64,000 nt of DNA from Chiloscyllium plagiosum. Lineage: Eukaryota. Shown piece after piece: positions 23,802 through 35,085 of this stretch. Location of the stretch: positions 15,869,309 to 15,933,308 of the forward strand of contig NC_057718.1 in NCBI RefSeq assembly GCF_004010195.1. Direction: 5' to 3'. How positions within the stretch are numbered: position 1 is the stretch's first letter; each line of letters begins with the position of its first letter. The notes under the pieces are model-generated. The model searched no databases and had not been told where the DNA came from. It was given only the letters and a program-made list of their open reading frames with translations. Both the position numbers and the translations under genes were made by a program.

Positions 23802-26800
23802 GTATATATTTATGTGCAAGGTTAAACACTTCTACACACAAAGGGTAGTTGAACTTTAGAATTCAATTGTAGATCAATTATTTCATTTAAAATTTAGATT
23901 GATCATTTTTGTTAAAAAAGGTACCAAAGGACATTGGACAAGAATGATATCTAGAGATAGGTTGCACAGCAGCCACGTTCAGCAGAACAGGTTCGAGGGG
24001 CTAAATGGTCGAATATTCCTGCAAACCTGCCTTTCCATTGGACAGAAATGATGCTAATCAAGAACCAGTTAGGGATGTGGTGGAGAGGGCTTGCAGGAAG
24101 CTATTGAGTGGTGGATCCAATCCATTCCTCGTGGCTATGGCAATCTCAGCTTGATGAATTGGGTCTGTTCTTTTTCTCTGGTGTTTCAGCGGTGGAATGA
24201 ATGATCCCTCGGTCCTAGGGAATTAATTTAGATGCTCCCTCGGTCCTCAGACATTGAGATGGGCCCCAGTCCTCGAGAGTTGGAACAGTCTCCTGGCTAT
24301 GGTGGCGGCTGGAGTCTCGGCAGCAATGAGGTAGCTTTGGCTGAAGTTGCTTTCTGTCTCTGGTCCAGAGCAGTAGGAGCGGCATCAGTGTGCTTCCTCC
24401 TTGCTGCTGCAGCCTCAGGGACAGATTTGGCGGCTGCAGAGTGAGGAGGCATGCCATAACCACTTAAGAAATCAAGAAGCCATGGATGGAACAAAAATTG
24501 AAATTTGTCTTAACTTTGTGTGAATTATTTCTTTTTATATTTTATGTAATTAAAATGGCACCAGATTATGGCAACATCACATTTTATTGTATTTTCATAA
24601 ATGCCCTGCAGTCCTCACTTTCTCCCTGTATTTTCATAAATACAAGTAACAATGAACTTAAATGAAATGAATATTCCTCTGTATCTGAATGTTTCTTCCT
24701 TTACAACAGTAACCACAATTCGGAAGTAACACATTGGCTCTAAAGTATTTCAGAACATCCTGAGTTCATCAAACAACCTATATAAGTGCAAGTGATTAAT
24801 TTCCCCATTAGTTGTAATAGGTTTCTCAGCACTACTGATCACTGTTCAAGAATTAGTGAAACGCTTTATTTCTAAAATGGAGTGCACATTGTTTGTTTCA
24901 ATGTAACTTTACAAAATATTGACTGCTTTAATGTCATGCTTTAATGAATGAAATGCAACTCAATAATGTAGAAAATTAAAGAATTGTGTTATTTGTAGCA
25001 AAGCTTGCATTTAAAACCAGTTTTAATTTTAGGGCAAGAGTCTTCAAATTGGTTAGCAAACAAGGATAATTCACTCAGTTGTATTGAAAGATGAATTAAT
25101 GTTTGACAAGATGTTTGACAAGATCTTTATTGGAAAGGAACTCACAATATTCAACAAGAATACATAAAACATTGGCTGCTAAAAAGGTAAGGTGAAAACA
25201 CTACATTGTTGCAATAAAATGCTTATGCATAAATATTTATCAAAAAGAATCACAAGACAAAATGCTACGGATTTCTGCAGTTAGGTGACCCTTAGAGCTG
25301 TTGTCGAAAGGTGATGGAAAACAGTTTTGCATAGAAGAATATTTAAATCAACCATTCTAACACTGGGATGCAGTTAAAAACTACTGTAGCCGCATCCTTA
25401 GCAGACTGGAGCCATTATGACTTCACTTTCCTTTCAGAGAAATCCTGACATTAAATGTTAATTCCTCTATTTATCTTCCATAATAGCACAGAAAGTTTTC
25501 TGCTACTTCTACATGAACTGTACATCCTGCCACATTAAACCAATTCCACTATCCTGAAGAGGAGGGAAAGAAACATCCACATCTAAGAACGCTCCCAAAC
25601 CAAATTCACATCTTGGCTGTTTCTTTAGCCCAATTAGAGGCAGACTTTAAAAAAAATTGTCATGTATTTAATTTTAATTTTTCTTTCCAATAGACCATCT
25701 ACAGAGGTTTCATCTTTTCATATTCTCTGCTTGTTGCAATGCCTTATTTTTCATTTCTTGACTAATTTGCATCAATGCCAAGGTTTCACTGAAGTCCAAC
25801 TTGTAAATGTCAGCAGTTTGGTATTTTACTGAAAGGGGAGTTACCTTTAAAAAGCCTTACAAGGAGGATGGTATCTATCGCTCATAAAGAACTCTGTATG
25901 AATTTTTGCTCCCATTCAAACTGATGAATAAGAAATTGACGCACTTCTCTCTCACCCAAAGAAAAACCTAGCTTAAAAATATTCATAATGACAAACTTCA
26001 CAATTTTTTTTGCAGTGCCCTCAGTTTTTGTCTGTCCTTCCCAGGAGAGGTACTTGGGGACAGTTCTACAGTGATTGTAATACCGGAAAGAAGATCCACC
26101 CCAAACTTTAAAATACACTTCCCAGCAACTCAAAGATATACTGGCCTGGATACTTTTGCTTTCATTTCCCAAATCAGTATATATAAAAATTTATTTAGTG
26201 TTATTGTCTATTAAAAAAATACAAAGGTCTTTGCAGAATAACGCACCATCTATAATGTTTATGGACTATGATTTGGGATTATTGTGGGAAGTTGCAATTC
26301 AGAGTAATGTACAGCATTTATATAAAGCTATGCACAGTTTTGATTGTTCCAAATTATAAGCGTCCAGTAGAAAGATAAGGCTAGGAAAATGAAAATAAAA
26401 TGCAACTTTTATTTTCTAATTCCTGTCATAATTTCTTCAGCAAAAGTACATTAATTAAATATCAGGTGTAAATATAACCATAACGATATTGAAAAGTTTT
26501 TATTCAAGAGCCAAACTACAATGCAGCGGCTATTGAATCTTGTAATGAATTTAAAAAATGGTAATAGTAAGGAACGAGAATTTTCAAAGCTTATCATAAA
26601 AAAATAAATCCTAATATTTAGGACACTACTGGCACTTAAAAGATTTTGGGATTGTCTTTATAATAATTTAGTGAAGTCATGTATTATTTATTTTCAAAAG
26701 GTTTTGGTTTAATTCTCAATGCAACAGGATGTGACATTGCTCCAAATTACATCTTGATTCTGCTTGAAAAATAATGTTTTCCAATAGCTTATTGTTTGTT

Positions 26801-28023
26801 GCAGGTCTCTTAATGTACTAGGTAAGGAAAGCAGAAGATTTGTTGTTGAAAGTAGCAAAAAAAATCAGTGATATGCTTCATGTGAACTCTATTCACCATT
26901 TAAAAAAAAAACACTAAGGGAAAGAGGAAAAGTTTGCATTGAAACTGCAGATACAAATTCAAACTGGTCAAGTGCAGAGCTCTGACATGTTGTGCCCACT
27001 ACCCTTCGGCACAGCCAAATGTTTAACCAGCTGCCCTTTTGGCCTGCTTTTTTTCCCTTTTCCCAACAAAGGACAGATACAAATTACTGACCTAAATTTA
27101 CAGAGGAGGGAAAGAAAATGCGCCATGGTTTCAGGGCAAAATGCATGAATAGAACAGATGTTTAAACAGTCTTACTTTGAATATAAAGCATCCTGATTGT
27201 TTTGAATAATCCAAAATGATAAAAGACGTTTGTTTTTAAATATGTCCACATCATCATCCTTTTGTTAAATCAAAAAACTAATGCATCCCTTAACAAGAAC
27301 CACTACTAGCAATCTGGTAGGTGAATACTCAATTATTTTGTTTACTCTTCCCCATTCTCTTGGACTTGGGGGGCCAGAGGCAATGGACAATCAAAAGCCC
27401 ATTCGGGATTCTTCTGGCAAAATTATAAACCAAAGGTGGTAGTGCACCTCCGTCTGGCCTAGGATAATATAATCCTTGCAGTATTTCAGCAAGTGAGAAC
27501 TGTTCACAAACAGCTTTTGTTATATACCAATTAACCCTTTCTGTACTTCTCTGCCTTTGTAGCTTCAAAAAAATTCTGTTCTCATAACAGAAGATTTAAT
27601 AATGTAATATCTAATCAATCTCATCTGAATAGAAGTATCTGACAAAAATGATACTATTCATATCAAGTTAATTTAAGGAAAAAATGAAATTTAAAAAAGG
27701 ATTACACTGGATGCAATTTTGCTAGTTAAAACCAACTTGTGCAACACAATTGATGTGAGGTATAATTTAACCTGAATGAATGTTAAAGCTTTTAGAGATT
27801 TTGAATTGTGTTTCAAATTTTGGCAAGTTGTGTTTTAGCAAATTGAAGAGTTCAATGACGGTGTCCTTGCAAAAATAAAGTGGAAGAAAGCTTAATTTGT
27901 TAAACGGCTTTGGAAGTTAAAATCATCACAAGCTCAAATGTCCTGAAATGATTCTACAATGTACCAAGAAGGTATAAATTCAGCAGAAAGAAAGACAACT
28001 AACAGCATTTTCAATTTACATAA

Positions 28024-28029
28024 TTTATT
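28024..28029 (-). terminator. ZBTB18: Probable ZBTB18 polyadenylation signal
   Basis: AATAAA on the minus strand, followed about 20-45 nt downstream by a GU/U-rich tract (TGCTGTTAGTTGTCTTTCTTTC). Implies a 3'UTR of about 1.85 kb. Confidence 0.6.
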
Positions 28030-29854
28030 GCAGTTAGCACACAATTTAAAAATTCCACCAACGGCACATCAAGGTACAAAACTAAACAGCATTATAATTT
28101 ACTCCCCTCCCAGTTCTGAAAATTAAACAGACTATGATTGTCAAGGCTAACGTCAGTCTAAATCCAGGTAAAAAAGGTAAAATGCAGGGGGAGAATTGAG
28201 GGAAAAATGACAAAAATAAATCAAGTATAAAGTCATCTGTAAGAAAAAGGAATTGAGTCAGACTCACAAATACAACAAAGAAAACTAACATAGGAAACCA
28301 AGGAAGCTGATCATTTTAAAGACACTGATTGTCTTATCTAAACATTTCTTTTTTTAAAATCTACAGTTCAACATACTTTAGTCAGACATTTAAACTCTTC
28401 AAGTAACTAGCATAATTACAGAATCTTAGAGGCCATTTCACAGCTTTAAAACAATGTCAAGAGCCAAAAGGAAAACGCATTTGACCCATTTTTTCAAAAA
28501 AAATTCAGCAATACACAATCTAGTTTTCCATTAATAATCATATTGCCTTTATGCACAAAAATAAGCTATGTTTACAGTAGTTAAGGCGGTCAAGTAAAAA
28601 ATAAAACATAAAACCCACAAAAAAGGGGGAAAAACGGCCACGTTTCGGTGCTACTCCCATAGACCTTATTGTGAGTGCAAGACAGGAAAACAAACACTGT
28701 GCAAAACACTTGCCATATGTGTTGTTCATTAAAACCACACACATACCAAGCAGTAACTTCAGCTGCTTGGTTACACAATATAATGAACCCCTTCTTCAAA
28801 GGTGGGTTCATGATTCCTTTTCCCTAAAACTTCATGGCCAAGTAACCAAATGATTTCAATTAACCATTAACAATTCTGTTCACATAAAAGCAGGGAACTT
28901 CACATGGAATTTGTGCTGTACCACTTTCTGTAATATATAAGAGAACACAGGCAATTGGGAAAGATGCTTCACACGTTGAAACTGCATAGCAGTGCACTTT
29001 TTAAAAAAAATTAAATTGCTGCGGAACACCAGTGACATTTTTCACAGTGTTATCGCATTTAGAAAAGAAAATGCATTCCAGGAAAATAATATTCCTATCA
29101 CCAATTAAATAAAATCTTAAGTTACACACTTTGCCAAGTTCATAGAATTGCAAAAGGAGAACCCCAAAATATCTGATAAAACTCATGCATGTTCTATAGC
29201 CTCAATATTTACTTTCAGAAGACCCGGCTAAGAGCATAAGGGCAATTTATCAGGTCTGTTAAATCCATTCAATGCAGTAGGATGTACAGTAATATAATTC
29301 ACATTTCAAACATACAGTTTTAATTTGCCTGAAAATCCCATACATTTAGAATCTAAATTACATCAAGTTTCTGGTTAAAATTAAACAGAGTAAAGAACCA
29401 TTCATCTGCAAATGCATATTCCTAGGCATATGGAAAAGAATTCATTGTTACCTTGTTTACAGCATTGTACAAAAATGTTTTAAATATCCAGAAATTGTGC
29501 AACATTAAAATATTAACACGTATCAATGAAAACCTTAATGTATTAGTGGTTCATTGTTAAAAATTTCAACAATGAAACTTCACAAACTATACAGCAGCAT
29601 CCTTTGCAGTGCACTCAACAACTGCAGGAGTGCATTTGAAAAGAAAATTAGAGTATTTATTAAATAAGTGTTGAGTTTAATAGTTAATTCTTATTTACCT
29701 TATGTTGCAATATGATTCACAATCTCACTTTTGTAGATTGTGTTGTGACAAATAGTATTTACGGCTATTATTGTATGGAGAGAATTCAGTACCCAAAAGG
29801 CTGTAGAAGATATTACCAGAAACTTGATTTTTCAGACTGCTCGACAGGTAGACT

Positions 29855-31429
29855 TTATTTCCAGATTTCTTGCGAGCTCTCTTCTATGGTCCAGTCACGC
29901 ATCGTAGGCAAGTTAAGTGATTCTGTTTTAACAGAGAGTGTGTTTATCAGCTCACAGTGAAATTTTCTAATGTGTCTGTACAGGTCACCCGACTGTGTGA
30001 ACCTGCGCTCACACCACTTGCATGCATGAGGCTTTTCCCGGGTGTGAACAACCGCGTGACGGCTCAGGTTGTGCGAATACTGGAAACTCTTCCCACATTG
30101 AGTGCAAGTGTATGGCTTTTCACCTGAATGAGTTCGCTCGTGTCGTTTTAAAGTGTACATGCACGAGAAAGTCTTCCCACACAGTGAGCAGGTGGGAACG
30201 TTTACATCAGTAGCAGGCTTGCTGCGGAGGCCATCCTGCTCTCGAAAGTGCGTGCTCAGATGGATCTGCAGAATGTGCGGGCTAGGAAAGACTTTGTTGC
30301 AAAGGGGACACATGAAGATTTGACCGGCTGAGCCAAGTATATTAGAACAGTAAGGGAGTAAGCTGCTGTCCATGCCTGCATCCATCTGGGCTCCATCATT
30401 CTCTGGGGTTACCATCTCATCATCGCTGGCTCGATCCTCTCGGTCCATCTCACTTGACACAGAAGCTTCTCTTCTGGCGGACACATGGAGTGAATCATAA
30501 CAAAGTCTGTTCATAGTGCCTGCACTGTCTTTCACTGTGCTACTTTGTTCCATATCAAAATCATTAGTGCTGCTGCCTTCCTCATCAGAGAACACTTCTT
30601 TTTCTACTTTAACCTGCACCATGTTATTTCTGGAACCGTCCCTATGTGGAGAGACATAAGGGTGGCTGACATTTTCTCCCCCTGACAGTCCGGACTTGAC
30701 AGACAAATCCAGCACACAGTCAACATCTGCTGAATCCTTAATGGAGTTGGCAGACCTTTGGGACAAAGGGCCTGTTGAGCTGCAGGGACTGGACACTGTT
30801 TTTCCAGCTGTTACTGCATGTGCCTCAATCTCAACGCCAGGCTGAGTGATGCCTGCTGAGTCAGAGGGCAATCTCATCCACATGTTCCCAGATTCAATAA
30901 CTATGTCCCTTTTGCTCAACACAGCACTTGATTTTTCCTCTTCAGTTTCATCTTCCTCGCTTGCCAGTTCCCCCACTATGTGCGCACTGCTCACCGAAGA
31001 GATTTCCCCTTTATCAGAACAGCTTGAGGCATCTTCTTCTTTCTTGGTACTGTCCGCTTCTGTAGTTGATTTTTCTTTCAGCTTTTTTTTGCAGACTTTC
31101 ACTATGTCATACATGTGAAGGTAACTCGCAGCTGCAAGTACGTCCTCAATAGGCAAATCTTTGAACTGGAGTTTCCCTTCATACATGAATTCAAGGAGGA
31201 GAGCGAAAGCTGGGGCTGTAACAATGTCGCTGTTCAGATGAACAATGTCCCTTTTGTCCAGCTGGTCCTTGTAAAAGAGGTGGAAGTACATACTGCACGA
31301 AGCAAGCACAGCACGATGGGCTCGAAACTGGGCATCTCCAACCAAGACAGTGCAATCACAAAGGAAACCTTGATGCCTTTGCTCACTCAGAGACTGGAGC
31401 AAATGTCTACTGTGGTCTGGAAACTCCAT
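29855..31429 (-). CDS. ZBTB18: Zinc finger and BTB domain-containing protein 18 (RP58/ZNF238), 524 aa from the MEFPDH start
   Basis: Uninterrupted ORF with an N-terminal BTB ([10 protein letters not shown]...[12 protein letters not shown]), the VLDLS CtBP-type motif, one isolated plus three clustered C2H2 fingers, and C-terminus SSQEIWK. Closely matches recalled mammalian ZBTB18, including the upstream GYEDS residues. Confidence 0.97.
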   Translation of the reverse strand: MEFPDHSRHLLQSLSEQRHQGFLCDCTVLVGDAQFRAHRAVLASCSMYFHLFYKDQLDKRDIVHLNSDIVTAPAFALLLEFMYEGKLQFKDLPIEDVLAAASYLHMYDIVKVCKKKLKEKSTTEADSTKKEEDASSCSDKGEISSVSSAHIVGELASEEDETEEEKSSAVLSKRDIVIESGNMWMRLPSDSAGITQPGVEIEAHAVTAGKTVSSPCSSTGPLSQRSANSIKDSADVDCVLDLSVKSGLSGGENVSHPYVSPHRDGSRNNMVQVKVEKEVFSDEEGSSTNDFDMEQSSTVKDSAGTMNRLCYDSLHVSARREASVSSEMDREDRASDDEMVTPENDGAQMDAGMDSSLLPYCSNILGSAGQIFMCPLCNKVFPSPHILQIHLSTHFREQDGLRSKPATDVNVPTCSLCGKTFSCMYTLKRHERTHSGEKPYTCTQCGKSFQYSHNLSRHAVVHTREKPHACKWCERRFTQSGDLYRHIRKFHCELINTLSVKTESLNLPTMRDWTIEESSQEIWK

Positions 31430-31442
31430 ACTGTCTTCATAA

Positions 31443-31470
31443 CCTGTAGCAGACAAAGTTTGTTAACATT
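31443..31470 (-). other. ZBTB18: Splice acceptor of the ZBTB18 coding exon (exon begins at 31443)
   Basis: Minus strand TTAAC-AAACTTTGTCTGCTACAG|GTTATGAAGACAGTATG. Similarity to mammalian G|YEDSM starts exactly at this junction. Confidence 0.85.
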
Positions 31471-31771
31471 CATAGAAATAGATAAAAACAGAAATAGCAA
31501 AACCCTAAAACATCCTGCATGCTACAGATAAAAGTTAAAACAATATTTTAACAAGAAATGATTTTGTTGTCGCTCTATTAACGCGTATAAGAGGGTGAAA
31601 AAAAAGCACGAAAACTGCCACAAGATTCAAACTCAATCACATTAAGTGCCCTGTGTCCCCATCTCTAATCCTTAAAATGGCTAAAAATAAAGATTACATG
31701 ATAGTCAGTAAGGTACTGTTGATCAAATTAGATGCCTAAAAGGACAGAGACAGGACGAAAACGAAGCTTAT

Positions 31772-31854
31772 AAACATCTGATACAGATGACTATGGCCAT
31801 ATGGCAGCTGCTGCCCAGATAAAGAGATTAAAGAATGGAGTGCGATTACAGCTG
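31772..31854. promoter_or_regulatory. E-box cluster (candidate bHLH-responsive enhancer or proximal promoter)
   Basis: CATCTG at 31775, CAGATG at 31784, CATATG at 31798, CAGCTG at 31805 and 31849. Confidence 0.6.
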
Positions 31855-32479
31855 TCTGGGCAATTCCACGCGTCGCAATCTGCGAATCCTAAATTAGTCA
31901 CTATAACCACAACTCTAAGAAAAAAATTAGCTTGCACTCAGAACAATGATCTGTCAACTCTGAATTAAATAAGCCCAAATACTACCATACAAAATTCCTA
32001 GCAGGGTTTGCAAAAAAAAGGGGTAAAATCCCCCCCCTACCTGCAACAGGAATAAAAACAGACCAACTTCTCGTGACCAGTCCCTCTAAAAGAAACCTTC
32101 AATGGTGCGCTAAATCTTTGTGACTCCGGTCTGTCAAGTTTTAAAAAGCAGACTGAAGAGGAATGATACCGGCACACGGAGCAAGATCACACAAAAAAAC
32201 CCAGCAATGCCAGACTGTCAGCTGCTCTGACATCACTTCAAATGGAAATGCTACCTCCAGCTGTGCTGCTTTTTAATGCCATATGTTACTCGTGTCGTGT
32301 TTGCTGCTGCTGCCACCAATCTCACGTTTGAATACATTATCTGCTACAAAAAAAGGAAAAAAAAATCCTCCTTCCAAATAAAGTACCAGTCTCTCCCCCA
32401 ACCACCCAGCCCTGAGCCCCTTCCTGCTAGCCCTTCCCTTTATTTTATTTGTTTCCAAAAATATTCACTTCACTTGAAA

Positions 32480-33600
32480 TGACACAAACTGCGGCCGCAG
32501 TGTGTGTGTGTGTATGTGAGAAAAAAAACGCTACAGGGCGACCTGTTAAATGTTGCTGCAGCAGGAACAGCAGCAGAGATCCTCAATGCATGGTGACGGC
32601 AGTCAAACCACAACACACACACACACACAGATAGTGGGTGGAAGAAAAAAATATAAAGTCACAACAGGCTGCAGCCGCTACCACTGCCGCCGCCTCTGGT
32701 CCGATGGAACGATCTGGGCTGGCGTTCCACCGCCAGCGCGTGAATGGTTACCAGCAACAACGCGGCGCAACAACTCGGGAAAGGGGGGGGGGGGGGAAGA
32801 GTAACATTTTTGAAACATTGTAACTCCGCGCCGCTTCTGGCAACATTGTGTCTCCCCTCCCCTTCCTCTAAACCGGAGTTGCTTAAAACGAGGAAATCCA
32901 GGAGGATCTGATTCTCTGAGATACTCACAGGAAGCAACAATATATTTTTAAAAATATAAGGAGTACGGGGGGCACTTTTCTGCCTGCGGGAACAGCCAGT
33001 ACAAAGTAGGAGGAGATGGTGGGAGGGATTGCTGAGGGAGGGGGGGGGGGTGAGTTGGAAGGAGCCAATGACTTTCAGGACTTCATGAGAGAGATCGACA
33101 TATACATAGACAGGGCGCTGAGGACAAGTGCGCCCAGATGTTAGAGAGCTGTTGCTATTCTGTGCTCTTTACCTACCTTGACAGAGGAAGTGTGGGTGAC
33201 ATCATGTCTTCATTGAAGTCTTAGGCCGACCGCAAAAAAGCGCCGGGAACCGGACCGGCCACCTCCCGAAACCCCCGCCCCATTCCCCCCCCCCCAAGAA
33301 AGTCCAGGATCCGGCCAGCCAATCGGCTCGGAAAGTGGGCGGGGCTTCCGCTTGCAGCTCAGGGTTTGCTCCGGAGTAACCGTGAGCCAGCAGAAGGGGG
33401 AATTTGCGCGTCTTCGGACGTTGGCAAGGATGGGGGTGGTGGCGGCGGTGGGGGGGGGGAAGGGGCTGGAATGAATCTCGGGAGTTGTAGTCCTCGCGGC
33501 TTCGGGCGGAGTGTATGAAGTTCTGATCACCTTCGCCAGCCCGATTAACAAGAGTTGCAAAAGCTGTGAGGAGGGCAGGTTCTGTGAAAGCGGAAGCAAT
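32480..33600. promoter_or_regulatory. ZBTB18: CpG-island-like promoter of ZBTB18
   Basis: Strong local CpG and GC enrichment in a CpG-poor window. CCAAT box AGCCAATCGG at ~33317-33326, GC box GGGCGGGG at ~33337-33344, ACTACAnnTCCC motif at 33480-33491 (-). Minus-strand donors AAG|GTAGGT (33177) and CCT|GTGAGT (32929). Confidence 0.8.
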
Positions 33601-34909
33601 AATTAAAAAAAATCTTTTCAGTACTGAAAGGTCAAAACTTAAATAAGTTTGTGTATAATCATGTGCAAACTATGAGTAAACCTGCAGAGGTAAGATTTGA
33701 GAATATGTTAAAAAATAAAGGAAAAGGAGAACATGGATTAAATATTTACAGATCTAAGTCGGTAAATCCAATACTAGAAACTTGCAGTTTATGTACCCTG
33801 TCTTTCGAAAGATTATATTTCTCCAAAGATTTCTCTAAATTTTCAACCCTGTCGACAGCATATACTCTGGAAAGCAAAACCTGTCTGGTTTTAACGTGCC
33901 TGCGATTGTGTTAGAATTTGTTCTGAGATTAATGTTACTGGTGTTCAGGAGGCACAATTAAGTCTTGGTGACACCAGTTGCCTTCTCCTTAAATGACAGC
34001 TTCTGCGTTTGCATCATTTCTGTGGCTCCGATATATTGGCGAAGTTAAGGCAACTAAATTCAATTTCCTGGCTGCAGATTTAACCATGGCCGCTGTCAAC
34101 GATGTTCAGGATTGACAACAAATAGCACAGTTCAAGCAGCGGGCCTAATAACCAGGTTTTGTGTTCCCCTCTCAGAATAGTAAACTATTGGATGAGTCCA
34201 ACTGAGAATTAACAAGATTCCCCCAACTGAGGCGAATCTGTCGTAGGACAGACAGACCTCAGTCTTTAACTTGTGACCCACAGTCAATTTTTAGACTGCT
34301 TGTGTTCCAGATCAACCTGCATTTGCTATTTGCTTTAATAATTAAGAGTTAATTTCAGGGCAATGAAAATTTTCAATGGCATTTATTTATGCAACATGAG
34401 CTTGGCATGCAAGAGTCTATTTTTTTCTGTTCTCATCTGATGATACTAATTGAAGCTTTCCATCCTCCAAGCTGGTTAACACAAATTTCATATCATGTTA
34501 TCACATTTCAATTTTTAGATGAAGGAGTGGGGGGCTTTTGGGAAGCAACTGATCAATGAAATTAGCAAGCTATCTGTCATTTTCATTTGAATATGTATGC
34601 ATGTTGAAAATGAATAAATCATCACAATCTGCACTAAATTCAAAGTTTGGAAATATCCAATTCCACTACGGTGGAGAAATATATGAAAATTGCAGGAGAC
34701 TACCATTCAACGAAATTTGGGGCTTCTATAATAGAAATACGTGTCTTCCTTTTGAGATTGCAGATAAAGGACAATAACGATCCTTTAAAAACATCAGAAT
34801 TAGGAACCACAAACCTAAACAGACATGTTTATTTAATGCAAAGTACTAACAATATGAAGTCAAACCTTACCAAAGTTGTATAAGAATTGATGGGGGGAGA
34901 AAGACTGTA

Positions 34910-35085
34910 CTATGCCAATACTGCCAGCTGTAATACTTCTGTGCCAGCTGTTCATGCTGTGCCAACTACACTGACACTGTCAATTGTGCCAAAGGTACTA
35001 GCTGTGCATCAGTGCCATTGATGCCAGCTGTGCCATTTGTGCCAACTGTGCTGTCTTTCCATCTGTGCCAAACTTATCTGTGCAC
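34910..35085. repeat. Degenerate 9-bp-period repeat (TGTGCCAGC-like)
   Basis: About ten TGCCA cores, many spaced at multiples of 9. Confidence 0.7.

Noticed and set aside
23302..23825. Pro-rich and Gly-rich ORFs as host proteins
   Set aside because: They are alternative frames of the C-rich PLE endonuclease region.
27329..27568. 79-aa minus-strand ORF with a faint remembered resemblance (GLYYP...PPKSK) to the syntenic gene C1orf100
   Set aside because: The similarity is a few residues from memory, there are no clear splice boundaries, and it lies implausibly close to the ZBTB18 poly(A) site. tBLASTn with vertebrate C1orf100 would settle it.
29855..31429. Paralogue ZBTB42
   Set aside because: Length, linker ([23 protein letters not shown]) and C-terminus fit ZBTB18.
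31430..31456. ORF-track N-terminus MSAT for ZBTB18
   Set aside because: It starts at a TTG in the intron's acceptor region; the exon begins at 31443.
29712..31531. Plus-strand ORFs overlapping ZBTB18 (29712, 30022, 30846, 31115)
   Set aside because: Antisense shadows of the real CDS with no recognisable domains.
32500..32629. (GT)n and (AC)n pair as a functional hairpin
   Set aside because: Short common microsatellites; complementarity is expected by chance.
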